Notes under the pieces: model-generated
Told to the model about the DNA's origin: nothing
The model's database searches: none
What the model saw: only the letters and a program-made list of their open reading frames with translations
Assembly: GCA_031370005.1 (NCBI GenBank)
Contig: JANMPT010000025.1
Span: 1 to 64,000 of the forward strand
Source of the DNA: Bdellovibrionales bacterium
GTDB lineage: Bacteria > Bdellovibrionota > Bdellovibrionia > Bdellovibrionales > Bdellovibrionaceae
DNA length: 64,000 bases
Reading direction: 5' to 3'
Shown: positions 1 to 9,786 of the stretch, one piece after another
Layout of the letters: each line of letters begins with the position of its first letter
How positions within the stretch are numbered: the first letter of the stretch is position 1
Position numbers and translations under genes: made by a program

Positions 1-1494
1 GTGGATTGGATTTTTTCTTCGGATTTTGTGGATTTGCCTTCAAGGCGTGCGGTGAAGGGTCATGGGCTCACGACGACAATTCTTGATTATTACTACAATT
101 TCGACTTAGTCGTTAATAGGCTAAGCGATCTTTACTTGTACTATACTTATCCAAGCGGAAGATTGTCGACGACAACGCTTGATAATATTTTCGATGCAAG
201 AACTTATGATGTCTATGGGGAGTTAGAAACCTACACTGCAAAATACGTTGATCCGTCCACCGCTATAGAAACTATTTTATATACGTATGCTTTGACTCGT
301 GATTTAGCAGGACGTATTAGCCAAAAGCAAGAGACCATTGGCGGCGTTACGACAGTTTGGAATTACCAATACGACACTCAAGGCCGACTCACAGAGGTCA
401 AAAAAGATTCAGTGGTTTATTCAAGCTACGTCTATGATGACAACGGGAACCGCATAAGCGGACAGACGGGGGGAGTGGCCTTCACCTCGACCTTTGATGA
501 CCAGGACCGTCTACTCACCTATAACTTAAGAAGCTATGCTTACAATAAGAATGGCGATCTATCACAGATCCAGTGGAATACAACGAGCACGACTTCATAT
601 GTCTACGATATGTACGGGAACTTGAATCGCTTTACCGGCACAGATGGAGTTATTCACAGCTATATTGTTGATCCATTCCACCGTCGAGTGGGCAAAAAAA
701 TCGGTGCAACAAATGTCAATTTTAGATATATTTACGAGAACCAATATCGAATAGCAGCTCAGCTCACTGGTCCTGGCGTAGTGCAGAAGGTATTTGCATA
801 CGCGACTCCAGGAAACGCGGCAGACTACTTCATAGCAAGTGGAGTGCGCTACAGAATTATAAAAGACAATTTAGGATCTCCACGGCTAGTGGTGAGATCC
901 AGCGATGGAGTGGTACAGCAACAAATGGATTACAACGAGTGGGGTAAAGTTATGAGTGACACGAACCCTGGGTACCAGCCCTTCGGATTTGCGGGCGGGA
1001 TATATGATTTAACCTCAAAGCTGGTTCGATTTGGAGCTCGGGATTATGATCCTGAGGTTGGGCGGTGGACGGCGAAGGATCCGATTCTATTTAAGGGTGG
1101 GGATACGAATTTGATGTCTTATGTTGGCGGGGATCCTGTGAATTGGATTGACCCCACAGGTTTATATCAAGTTTGTTCTCGCCCGTTAAATGTGGCAGGG
1201 GGTTCAGCACTTCAAAGCCAAGATCCCACGCTTTCTCATCAGTATATTAAATTTGAGGACGGCTTAACGGCGTCTTATGGAAATTCCAGCATAAACCCAA
1301 TTTCAGGCCCTGGAACACAGTTAAATGAATCAGGTGCCGGAGCCACATGTAGTAAGAATATAAAAGTTGGCGATACCGCCGAAAATAGAATGAAGGAATA
1401 TGCAAAAAAGAGATACTCACAGCCATATCATCTGTTGAATAATAACTGTCAACAGTTTGTAGGTGACGTGATTCTGAACGGAAGTGGGTTATAG
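1..1494 (+). CDS. Rhs/YD-repeat polymorphic toxin (probably 5'-truncated by window) with permuted papain-like C-terminal domain
   Basis: YD repeats; Rhs core motifs [47 protein letters not shown]; tip has HQY...YHLLNNNCQQFV. Confidence 0.93.
   Translation: MDWIFSSDFVDLPSRRAVKGHGLTTTILDYYYNFDLVVNRLSDLYLYYTYPSGRLSTTTLDNIFDARTYDVYGELETYTAKYVDPSTAIETILYTYALTRDLAGRISQKQETIGGVTTVWNYQYDTQGRLTEVKKDSVVYSSYVYDDNGNRISGQTGGVAFTSTFDDQDRLLTYNLRSYAYNKNGDLSQIQWNTTSTTSYVYDMYGNLNRFTGTDGVIHSYIVDPFHRRVGKKIGATNVNFRYIYENQYRIAAQLTGPGVVQKVFAYATPGNAADYFIASGVRYRIIKDNLGSPRLVVRSSDGVVQQQMDYNEWGKVMSDTNPGYQPFGFAGGIYDLTSKLVRFGARDYDPEVGRWTAKDPILFKGGDTNLMSYVGGDPVNWIDPTGLYQVCSRPLNVAGGSALQSQDPTLSHQYIKFEDGLTASYGNSSINPISGPGTQLNESGAGATCSKNIKVGDTAENRMKEYAKKRYSQPYHLLNNNCQQFVGDVILNGSGL
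1000..1154 (+). repeat. Rhs core-end segment, copy 1 (duplicated at 1989-2143)
   Basis: 1000-1086 is identical to 1989-2075 (87 bp); the rest is highly similar. Confidence 0.95.
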
Positions 1495-1982
1495 TGAATG
1501 TTTTTAAAGAGGCTCGTACAAAGATCGTTCTATTGTCGATAATCTCGTTGGTTATCGTGGCATTTTCGTCAATTTGCGTTGGGAAAGGTGGGCAATGTAT
1601 TATGCCCATCTACGTTATGCTTTTAGAAGGTTTGGGAGTGCCGTCATTGGCCTTTGCTGTCGTCATGGCGATTGTGGTCTGGTTTTCCATTGGGATCTTT
1701 TCACCAAATACTTCAGCAAATCTGGCGAACATTTTAAACCTTATAACAACCTCAGTCGGCATATGGTGGCTATTTAGCTCGAGAGAAATTGCTCTGACTT
1801 ACACGTCGATTACATTTTATATCACAAGCATAGCCTTGTTTTCTGTTGTACAGGGGTTCTGCTGGCTTTGGGGCGTGAAGCTAAAAAGGTCCGTGGACTT
1901 TAATTACACTCGATCTATTCTCACGATATTTATTTCATTGAATTTAAGCTGGACGCTTATGACTTCGTACGGAATTCACTAG
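1494..1982 (+). CDS. Putative membrane immunity protein for the Rhs toxin
   Basis: Start overlaps the toxin stop; multiple hydrophobic helices. Confidence 0.7.
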   Translation: MNVFKEARTKIVLLSIISLVIVAFSSICVGKGGQCIMPIYVMLLEGLGVPSLAFAVVMAIVVWFSIGIFSPNTSANLANILNLITTSVGIWWLFSSREIALTYTSITFYITSIALFSVVQGFCWLWGVKLKRSVDFNYTRSILTIFISLNLSWTLMTSYGIH

Positions 1983-2378
1983 GCCAGAATATATGATTTA
2001 ACCTCAAAGCTGGTTCGATTTGGAGCTCGGGATTATGATCCTGAGGTTGGGCGGTGGACGGCGAAGGATCCGATTGGGTTTGGGGGTGGGGATACGAATC
2101 TGATGTCTTATGTTGGCGGGGATCCCATCAATTGGGTGGACCCTAGCGGGCTTCAGCTGGCTCCAGGAGAAAAGGAACTTTGGGATCGCCTTCCAGGTGT
2201 TGTAGATTACTGGGTACACGAGCGACCATGTAATAATAAACAGGAAGAAATGCGAAATAAGGAGGTGCGGAATGCGAATAATCCAGTTAACAAGACGCCT
2301 CTTAAGCGCATTCTTCCTCAGCCATTTACTCCTGTGCCGCTGATACCACCTGGGCAGTGTAAAGGAGAAAAATGTTAG
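1983..2378 (+). pseudogene. Orphan Rhs C-terminal toxin cassette
   Basis: Frame open from 1983 ([23 protein letters not shown]...WVDPSG), then a new ~75 aa tip; Rhs N-terminus absent. Confidence 0.88.
1989..2143 (+). repeat. Rhs core-end segment, copy 2
   Basis: Direct repeat of 1000-1154. Confidence 0.95.
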
Positions 2379-2905
2379 GAAGACTCTTAAGAAGAATTCT
2401 AGTTTTTTGCAAAGTGCTATACGCTCTAACAGTATTCGTGAATATATTATTCATATTTACATATGTGTTGCAATTCTTGGATTCAGACTTCGCATCTAAG
2501 TATTTGCTATATGCCTTTGATACTGCTTTGGTTTTATTGCAAAGTTGCGTGCTGTTTTTCCTGTTTGGATATTCAATTAAGGCTTTTGATTTCTGGTCTC
2601 AGGGAGATAAGGGATCAAAAGCCCTTGCGAAGGTCGCGGTAGCCTTATGTTTTGTAAGCGCTCTTGATGCACTGAGGATTATCTATGGATTAGCTTTCAT
2701 GTTTGAGTATGCCAAACTAACTGAAGGATTCTTAAAAGGTGGGAGCATTGCAGTTCCAGCTATTAAGTTCATAGAAGAGAATGCTGAACTACTCTCAACC
2801 ATCAGTCATTATTTCACGCCACGCCCGGAAGGCATTTTTGGCCTTTTTTTGGGACTTTTTATTTTTTATTTTATCGATATAAAACGCGAACCCAGTTCCG
2901 AGTAG
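2372..2905 (+). CDS. Putative membrane immunity protein of the orphan cassette
   Basis: Overlaps the orphan toxin stop; about 4 TM segments. Confidence 0.65.
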   Translation: MLGRLLRRILVFCKVLYALTVFVNILFIFTYVLQFLDSDFASKYLLYAFDTALVLLQSCVLFFLFGYSIKAFDFWSQGDKGSKALAKVAVALCFVSALDALRIIYGLAFMFEYAKLTEGFLKGGSIAVPAIKFIEENAELLSTISHYFTPRPEGIFGLFLGLFIFYFIDIKREPSSE

Positions 2906-2918
2906 TGCCAGTCCAAAG

Positions 2919-2972
2919 ATGGACTACAACGAGTGGGGTAAAGTTATAAGTGATATAAACCCTGGGCACCAG
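2919..2972 (+). repeat. Rhs core remnant (third, truncated cassette)
   Basis: 48/54 identical to 925-978 (MDYNEWGKV.SD.NPG.Q). Confidence 0.85.
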
Positions 2973-3076
2973 ACAAAGGTAAGGGATGTATGGACAAATG
3001 CGTAGGGAAGGCCTTGAATTCACCCTTGCTGTAAACACCCAAGAGATCTCTCAAAACCGTCTCTTTTTGATAAAAT

Positions 3077-3137
3077 TGGTATATTTCAATCTATTTTATT
3101 GCCTAAAACAGGTAAATATAGAACATAATATATACCA
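3077..3137. promoter_or_regulatory. Imperfect inverted repeat upstream of abiEi (candidate autorepression operator)
   Basis: TGGTATAT...TTGCCT-aaaac-AGGTAA...ATATACCA; 18/28 positions pair; ends at the start codon. Confidence 0.45.
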
Positions 3138-3952
3138 TGAATGTCGAAGGAATAGGGTCTGTTTCACGTCAGAAGCTGTCAAAGGTTATCAACTCCTCTA
3201 AAGGAGGAATCACGCCAGAGGCAGTATGCAAAATTCTTAATGTAAGTCGACAGGAGGCAGGTCGTCTTCTGTCGAGGTGGCACAAGTCTGGGTGGTTGCA
3301 GCGAATAAAAAGAGGATTCTATATTTCAATCCCAGTAGAATCTGCACCAGATCGACTTGCAATAGAAAATCCGTGGGCAATCGTTTCAAAAATTTTTTCA
3401 CCTGGGTATATCGGTGGGTTTTCTGCTATCAAGCATTGGGATTTGTCCGAACAAATATTTGAATCAATTGTTTTCTATACGACAAAAAAAGTAACAGTTC
3501 GGCATCCAGATTATTCGGGATTGAAACTTCACCTCAAAACTATAAAAAGCAGTAAATTGTTTGGAACAAAAACTATATGGATTGATTCAATCAAGGTTCA
3601 AGTATCTGATCCAACCCGTACAATGGTTGATTTATTCGATGACCCGGCAATGGTTGGGGGAATGAGTATAGTGCGAGATTTCTTTCAAAATTATCTTGAA
3701 TCTGAGCATGCCAACATTAAGCTTCTGATGGATTATTCAGAAAAATTTGGGAACAATACCGTATTTAAGAGACTCGGTTTTCTAATGGAAACTATTGGTG
3801 TTGATAATTCTAAAGTACTGGAGAGAATTAGAAAAAAAATTTCTAAAGGGTATTCAAAGTTTGATCCCTCTGTAACAGGTAAAAGAATTATTCGTCGATG
3901 GAACTTGATCGTCCCAGATTCTTGGATGGAAGAATATGATCGAAAAAAATGA
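3137..3952 (+). CDS. abiEi: Type IV TA antitoxin, AbiEi family (wHTH plus antitoxin domain)
   Basis: N-terminal wHTH (WLQRIKRGFY), YIGGFSAIKHW, SDPTRTMVD, KRLGFLME. Confidence 0.85.
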   Translation: MNVEGIGSVSRQKLSKVINSSKGGITPEAVCKILNVSRQEAGRLLSRWHKSGWLQRIKRGFYISIPVESAPDRLAIENPWAIVSKIFSPGYIGGFSAIKHWDLSEQIFESIVFYTTKKVTVRHPDYSGLKLHLKTIKSSKLFGTKTIWIDSIKVQVSDPTRTMVDLFDDPAMVGGMSIVRDFFQNYLESEHANIKLLMDYSEKFGNNTVFKRLGFLMETIGVDNSKVLERIRKKISKGYSKFDPSVTGKRIIRRWNLIVPDSWMEEYDRKK

Positions 3953-5144
3953 AATTTTACAGCTTGCGCAGAGTTTAAGTCTCTCAGCTGATACAGTAGA
4001 AAAAGACTACGTTCTAGGCTGGATCTTACATGGCATTCACAAACATCCGACGCTTGGAAAAAATTGGCTTTTCAAAGGGGGAACGAGCTTAAAGAAGTGC
4101 TTTTTTGAAACATTTCGTTTTTCTGAGGATCTTGATTTTACCGTTACCAATAGTAATCCTCTCACTGTTGATTTTCTGATAAAGTCAATTCAAGAGGCTG
4201 TCGATTCATTAGCTGAAGAAACAGGGATTGAGTTTTCAAAGGACATGTTTAAATTCAAAGTTCTTTCAAAAGAGAATGGAAAATTATCGGCACAGGGAGT
4301 TGTCCACTACAATGGCCCGCTTCGTAGAAAGCAAGGCGTGGCCACGATCAAGCTCGATTTAACGAGTGATGAAATTGTCGTACTGAAATCGCAAAGAAAA
4401 CGAGTGCATCACCCGTATACCGATGAGCCTGGCAATGGAATTTGGACAGATTGCTATGCATTCGAGGAAGTGATTGCTGAAAAAATTCGAGCGCTAGCCC
4501 AGCGGGCAAGACCTCGAGATGTGTACGATGTAATTCATTTTTTTCGGAATCGAAATATGATTCAAAATCCTCAGCTCGTTCATAATGTTTTGGTCAAAAA
4601 ATGTGGCTACAAAAAGATTGCCGTCCCTGGTTTTGAGAGTATTGAACGGCATGAAAAAATTGATGAGCTTGAGGGACAGTGGAGCAATATGCTTGCGCAT
4701 CAATTGCCAAATTTGCCGCCCTTAGAATCATTTTGGAAAGATATTCGACCATTTTTCGAATGGCTGAATGGCACATTAGCAGAAGAAAAAACGGTTGCTG
4801 TGGGTAGGGTTGACGAAGTTATTTTTCAACCGGGCAGAGTTGCAAATGCATACTCTCTTGATGCTGTTCTCCAAAGAATTCAATTTGCAGCAGCCAATCG
4901 TGTTTGTATCGAACTGAAATACCATGAAAAATCAAGAATGACTGAGCCACTTTCATTTCGAAGAGCCCAGAACGGAAGTCGATTATTTTATGCATTTGAG
5001 CGAGAATCATCTCAGGTCAAGGCCTTTGCTCTAGATAAAATTCAAGGAGCTGCAGTTACAAACATTCCGTATACAGAAAAATACCCAGTTGAGATTAGTC
5101 CCAGTGGAGCCATTTCAATGCCGCCCATTAGAAGAACTAAATAG
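3936..5144 (+). CDS. abiEii: AbiEii/AbiGii nucleotidyltransferase toxin with C-terminal WYL-like domain
   Basis: EKDY, FKGGTSLKK, RFSEDLDF, EKIRAL..R.RPRDVYD; tail IELKY...R..EPLS...F.LDKI. Confidence 0.88.
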   Translation: MIEKNEILQLAQSLSLSADTVEKDYVLGWILHGIHKHPTLGKNWLFKGGTSLKKCFFETFRFSEDLDFTVTNSNPLTVDFLIKSIQEAVDSLAEETGIEFSKDMFKFKVLSKENGKLSAQGVVHYNGPLRRKQGVATIKLDLTSDEIVVLKSQRKRVHHPYTDEPGNGIWTDCYAFEEVIAEKIRALAQRARPRDVYDVIHFFRNRNMIQNPQLVHNVLVKKCGYKKIAVPGFESIERHEKIDELEGQWSNMLAHQLPNLPPLESFWKDIRPFFEWLNGTLAEEKTVAVGRVDEVIFQPGRVANAYSLDAVLQRIQFAAANRVCIELKYHEKSRMTEPLSFRRAQNGSRLFYAFERESSQVKAFALDKIQGAAVTNIPYTEKYPVEISPSGAISMPPIRRTK

Positions 5145-5325
5145 CGAAAAAGGATGGAATAAGAAGGGTTATTTTAAGACTCACAGTCAAGCTTGCCAAT
5201 TGAATGAAGGTAAAACTTGCTCCATGAGAAATTAGATCGAGAACTCTTCTAATGAAAGCACTGCAAGAAATTCTATTTTTGGCAAAAACACCTTCTTTGC
5301 TGATGGATCCCGTTTGCCCATTAGA

Positions 5326-5688
5326 TTAGATGTGGTGAAAATGGTTTTCGAACGTAGATCTCAATCGTTGAATTAAGTTTCTTTCAAAATACGATGGTCT
5401 AGATATTTCTCTTTTGGCCGAAATTTGGCGGCTTTTTAAATAAGTATTTTTGATGATAGCTATTGAAGGCAAGGTCATTCCATGGTGATTTCTTAAGAAA
5501 AAAACTTGTCTGCCTGTCAGCGGATTTGTGTTCTCATCTGAGCAAATCTCGGAAATGACTTTTGCTGCCAAACTCTTGTAATTGATGATTGGCTCAATAC
5601 TCCCACGAATCTCTCTGGCAGGAACATTATGCAGTTCAACAGGGAAGCCAAAGCCGCCAAAAATGTATCTTTTAATTTTCATCCGCAT
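5326..5688 (-). pseudogene. Degenerate XRE/HTH-type antitoxin
   Basis: Y.FGGFGFPVEL.NVP and PLTGRQVFFLR..HGMTL, after which the expected HTH is lost. Confidence 0.6.
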
Positions 5689-5696
5689 CTTCCTAG

Positions 5697-5789
5697 CTAT
5701 TTAGCCAAATCAACAACAGTAATAATTAATAAACCCGACAGTTAATCCAAGGAGATCGCCACTCTGAGTTCTCTTGTATCAACAGTCTT
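5697..5789 (-). pseudogene. Remnant of a DUF4258-like toxin (C-terminal ~30 codons, internal stop)
   Basis: Translates KTVDTRELRVAISLD*LSGLLIITVVDLAK*, directly upstream of the antitoxin. Confidence 0.6.
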
Positions 5790-5791
5790 AT

Positions 5792-7726
5792 TTAATTCAG
5801 CAAGTGCTTCTTAAAGAACTCCAATGCGTGTCCGGTTTGTAAGACTTGGTTACTCTTCTTCTCGGCACCATGTCCCTCGTCCGGGAACAAAATCAATGAT
5901 GAGGGAATGCTTTTCTTTTCCAACAATTTCTGGATTTGCAAGGCTTCACCCACGGGGACGCGGGGATCGTTGACTCCCTGTATGATCATAAGTGGTGACT
6001 TGAGGCGATCAATATAGGTGACTGGCGAAAGATCTACCAGGGCTTGGTGGTCCTTCTCAAGATCACCGTACTCTGGGACGCGCAAAGCGCGGCGATAGGG
6101 AGCAGTGTTGTGCAAAAAAGTGACGAGATTACTCATCCCGACAATTGCGACGCCGGCATCATATGTGCCAGCAAATTTCGTCATCGCCATCAGGGTTGAA
6201 TAACCCCCGTAGCTTCCGCCCATGACGCCAATTTTTGTGATTTTCCAGTTGCTGCGGATGTATCTGGCCGCATCTTCGATGTCACTAATGACAGCAAGTC
6301 TTTTTGCCTGGTCGTCAGAATGCAGCCATGCCTTTCCGTAGCCCTCGCTTCCGCGCACATTGGGTTCTACAAAAATGAAACCGGCATCGACGTAAAGTTG
6401 GGCAATGGAGTTAAAGCCAGGAACGCTTTGGCCCTCAGGTCCCCCGTGAAAATGAACGATCACTGGGCAAGCTTGTATTTTGCATTTCACTGGCCTGCGC
6501 ACGAACATCGGAATCTTAGTTCCATCTTGAGTTGTGTAGTATTCTAATTTTGCGGAAACAAATTTATTAAAATCGATTCCAGGGCTGCTTGGATAAACCC
6601 ATTGCTTAAGGGTCTTCGTCTTCCAATTATATGCAAAGCTTTCACGGGGAGTGTTGTAGGAAGAGACCGAGAGCATTGTGATGTCTCCATCCCAGGTAGT
6701 GGTTCCGGCGTAGGTATTTTCACTGTTCGGGAGTTTCGGCAAAGGAATTGCATTATAGGTTTTAGCATCAAAAGCATAAACTTTGGCATAACCATTTTCA
6801 TTGGTGCCGATCAGAATGCGCTTTCTTTTCTGATCAAGACGAAGATCTACAACGTCTCCGGACTTAGGCGCAAAGAGCTCTTTCCATTGATTGTTTTTGA
6901 AGAGGTAGAGTTTTTTAAAGTCGCCGAACTTTGGAGTAACAACGAGCAAGCTTTTTTCATTGCTAGCATAGCGGACATCAAAGGACTCGTTTTCGCCTTT
7001 ACCAAGAAGTGGTTTTAATTCTTTGGTTTTAAGAGTGTATTCATAAATCTCACGAGCTGTATTCGTGGTGGCTTTGACCATCAACCAGCGACCGTCTTTG
7101 GAGTAATCAGCGATGTACCACTGGCCATCTTCGCGGAAAACTTTTTCACGATGACCAGAAGCGAGGTCGTACTTATAATAAGTATAACTATCCGGCTTTT
7201 CGTCGTTTGCCGAATAGACTAAGAATTTTGAATCTTCGGAAATATAGGATAAAGAAGCGCGAACTTTTGGGAATTCAAAGACAGTCTTTTTTTGCAAGCC
7301 ATCAAGACTGAGCAGATATATACCTGGATTTTCTGCGCCGTCTTTGTCAAGGCTCGTGACAAGCCATTTGCCGTCGGGAGTGACCTCCTCAAGACGAGTA
7401 GAGTCTTTTCCGCCGGTAAGTTGAACTGGAAAGTTACGGTTGGCATCCAAAGACCAAATCTGATAGACCCCGGTTATTTTCCAAGTGAAGAAAAATTGTT
7501 TTTTATTTGGAGCCAGAAGGCCGGCGCCAGGAAAGGTGATGTCTAACATCTTCAGAATAGTCCGCTCTAAGTTGGGATCCAAAGACTGGGGCGCATATTT
7601 TTGCAGGTCGCTTTCCGAAACAGAGTCCTTGCCGAGACCAGAGTAGGTCTCCTTATTGTTTAACTTTGTAGGGGCTTGGCTGCAGGCCAGAAGGATAAAA
7701 AAGAAAGCGAAAATAAAAATTTTCAT
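5792..7726 (-). CDS. S9 prolyl oligopeptidase family lipoprotein
   Basis: LLAC lipobox, HGGP, GGSYGG nucleophile, DPRVP, DEGHG. Confidence 0.93.
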   Translation of the reverse strand: MKIFIFAFFFILLACSQAPTKLNNKETYSGLGKDSVSESDLQKYAPQSLDPNLERTILKMLDITFPGAGLLAPNKKQFFFTWKITGVYQIWSLDANRNFPVQLTGGKDSTRLEEVTPDGKWLVTSLDKDGAENPGIYLLSLDGLQKKTVFEFPKVRASLSYISEDSKFLVYSANDEKPDSYTYYKYDLASGHREKVFREDGQWYIADYSKDGRWLMVKATTNTAREIYEYTLKTKELKPLLGKGENESFDVRYASNEKSLLVVTPKFGDFKKLYLFKNNQWKELFAPKSGDVVDLRLDQKRKRILIGTNENGYAKVYAFDAKTYNAIPLPKLPNSENTYAGTTTWDGDITMLSVSSYNTPRESFAYNWKTKTLKQWVYPSSPGIDFNKFVSAKLEYYTTQDGTKIPMFVRRPVKCKIQACPVIVHFHGGPEGQSVPGFNSIAQLYVDAGFIFVEPNVRGSEGYGKAWLHSDDQAKRLAVISDIEDAARYIRSNWKITKIGVMGGSYGGYSTLMAMTKFAGTYDAGVAIVGMSNLVTFLHNTAPYRRALRVPEYGDLEKDHQALVDLSPVTYIDRLKSPLMIIQGVNDPRVPVGEALQIQKLLEKKSIPSSLILFPDEGHGAEKKSNQVLQTGHALEFFKKHLLN

Positions 7727-8865
7727 AAGAGAACGTCGGGCTTTTGTGATGGCATTGGTGCGGTCACATCAAAGCCTAGAGCCGCGACCACCATTTGTGC
7801 TTGGGAAAGGGCGCCAATAAGATTTTTTTGTGAATTAACAGCCGCTGAGCCAATCCATAGATTTTCAAGGCCCGGAAAAGACTGGTTTGCATTTAGCTTT
7901 AACTCGCCACTGCCCGCAACCTGTTGAGCAACGACGATGCGCTCAAGGCGGATGGATTCAAGGGCCTCTGGGTAGGCGCGCTTTATTTGGCGCTTTACTT
8001 TTTTCAAAGTAGCCCCAACAACCTCGCTATTTTCAGCAACTTCATCCTCAATGAAAGTCATCCACTGAGATGCTTGCAGAACTTGGTCATTTTCTTGAGT
8101 TGCCGGTAAGAACTTACCAACACAAGGACCGATTTCGTCTTCGGTAGTACCATTAAGAATATGCATTGCTGTGGTTTCGGTGACTTCATGAGAATGGCAA
8201 ATATCCAGACACAAAGATGTCCAGTAAAGGTTTTTATTAAGCCTTTGCAGAGTTCGAGGAGTTAAGGCTTGCTCTGGCAAAAGTAGGGCTAGTTCTTTCA
8301 CAGAACCACAAAAGATAAAATTGTGAGCGTTTAAAGTCTTTGCGCCATTGATGAGCACTTGTGTGACTTGGTCATTTAATGAGTGAAATTTGGTAACATA
8401 AGACCTTGGCATGAACTCGCCTTTGAATTTTTCAAAAAGCTGTTGGGTCCAGGCATAGGGTTCAAGTTTTAAATTTAAGGTTCGATTAGCTGTAAAATAA
8501 TTCAATTCTTCATAGAAAGCAGGAGGACTGTCGCCGAAACCAATGAATGGTTTAAGCGATCCAGAGAGATAGGTCACAGGAGAGACCTCGGAGCTTCCAT
8601 CGGCGACTTTAAGCGCCAAAATATTTTCCAAAAAATGAATGGCATTGCGAGCGCTTTCGCTATCTGGAATGTAGCGAAGACCATTATTTATGATTCCAGA
8701 AGGGAACTTAATCGCGCGATTCATGCCGCCAGGGACATCGCTGCTTTCAAGCAAGGCGACGTTGTCAGTGTAACAGCTCAAGGCTGTTGCAATACTCAAC
8801 CCGCTGAGCCCGCTACCGATAATTGCATAGTCATAGATGTGATCTTGTGATTTTTTCTGAGCCAT
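7723..8865 (-). CDS. FAD/NAD(P)-binding oxidoreductase-like protein
   Basis: N-terminal IIGSGLSGL...LLE...PGG Rossmann motif. Confidence 0.75.
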   Translation of the reverse strand: MAQKKSQDHIYDYAIIGSGLSGLSIATALSCYTDNVALLESSDVPGGMNRAIKFPSGIINNGLRYIPDSESARNAIHFLENILALKVADGSSEVSPVTYLSGSLKPFIGFGDSPPAFYEELNYFTANRTLNLKLEPYAWTQQLFEKFKGEFMPRSYVTKFHSLNDQVTQVLINGAKTLNAHNFIFCGSVKELALLLPEQALTPRTLQRLNKNLYWTSLCLDICHSHEVTETTAMHILNGTTEDEIGPCVGKFLPATQENDQVLQASQWMTFIEDEVAENSEVVGATLKKVKRQIKRAYPEALESIRLERIVVAQQVAGSGELKLNANQSFPGLENLWIGSAAVNSQKNLIGALSQAQMVVAALGFDVTAPMPSQKPDVLL

Positions 8866-8918
8866 ATTTCTACCATCACCAAGCCGCGAGACCTTTGCAA
8901 GCGCAAAAACAAGAGAAG

Positions 8919-9749
8919 TTACCTAACGCATTTAATCAAGAGGCGTAGAATGGCACGGATCGGAGGTTTAGCCCAGGAGTGCCTGTTGAGTAGGCAAGCA
9001 ATTTTCGGAGAGACTCGATAGTAGTACATAGTAAAGCCACGTCCCCAAGAGTATTTTTTCAAAGTATAATCACGAAAAAAACGCAACTGTTGGACCTCCG
9101 CTGCGTAAACGCTGTCAAAGGCGGAGCTTGCAATAAAGCAACGGGGACGACTTTCGGATGACATTTTAAGGAACTGCTTAATGACCGCAGGATTTTTAGC
9201 AGATCTCTGGAAAATTTCTGCCTTGCGAATGATATCAGGATAAATAGGAGTGAAACGAATAAAGCTCGCCAACTGTTTTGCGCAATAACTTTGGCGTTCA
9301 GCATGCTTGTCGCTCATGTCATAGATACGTAAGAGATCCCAGTAAACCGAAGCGACGACAGTCAGTTCAGTATGGCGGGCACTTTCTTTGAAAAGCTCAG
9401 GTTTGAGTTCGCCTTTTTTACACTCAAAAACGATTTCCATAATTTTGAGATACTTTTCGTAGGACGCAGCGGCCTGGGAATACATTTTTTGACTCATAAA
9501 AATGCGAGCCTGTTTAATTAACTGCACGCGGTTTTTCCAAAGTGACAGCCGGTGCTGCTCTTTGGCTCTCTCTTGCGCCATCAATACGCCGCCGCTGCTG
9601 TTGGCGGCGTTACGCTGAAGCTCATTGATGCAGCCCACGCAAACCTGACCAGGTACGCTTTCGCCTGCAGCCTGTAGCTTCATTACAATATCGCTAGGGA
9701 CAGGGTGCAGTTCGGTTACTTGAATTCCACAACGTGGGCATTGAATCAT
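8919..9749 (-). CDS. Zn-ribbon/TPR-like protein with CFI-box-CTERM domain
   Basis: Two CxxC motifs; C-terminal RCFIASSAF...EV..LR.FRD..L...GR....YYRVSP. Confidence 0.8.
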   Translation of the reverse strand: MIQCPRCGIQVTELHPVPSDIVMKLQAAGESVPGQVCVGCINELQRNAANSSGGVLMAQERAKEQHRLSLWKNRVQLIKQARIFMSQKMYSQAAASYEKYLKIMEIVFECKKGELKPELFKESARHTELTVVASVYWDLLRIYDMSDKHAERQSYCAKQLASFIRFTPIYPDIIRKAEIFQRSAKNPAVIKQFLKMSSESRPRCFIASSAFDSVYAAEVQQLRFFRDYTLKKYSWGRGFTMYYYRVSPKIACLLNRHSWAKPPIRAILRLLIKCVR

Positions 9750-9786
9750 TTGACTATGTTACAGTCTAATTCGCATTTGTCCAAGA

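Noticed and set aside
2986..3201. 71-aa ORF upstream of abiEi
   Set aside because: Overlaps the abiEi promoter and start; no motif; likely spurious
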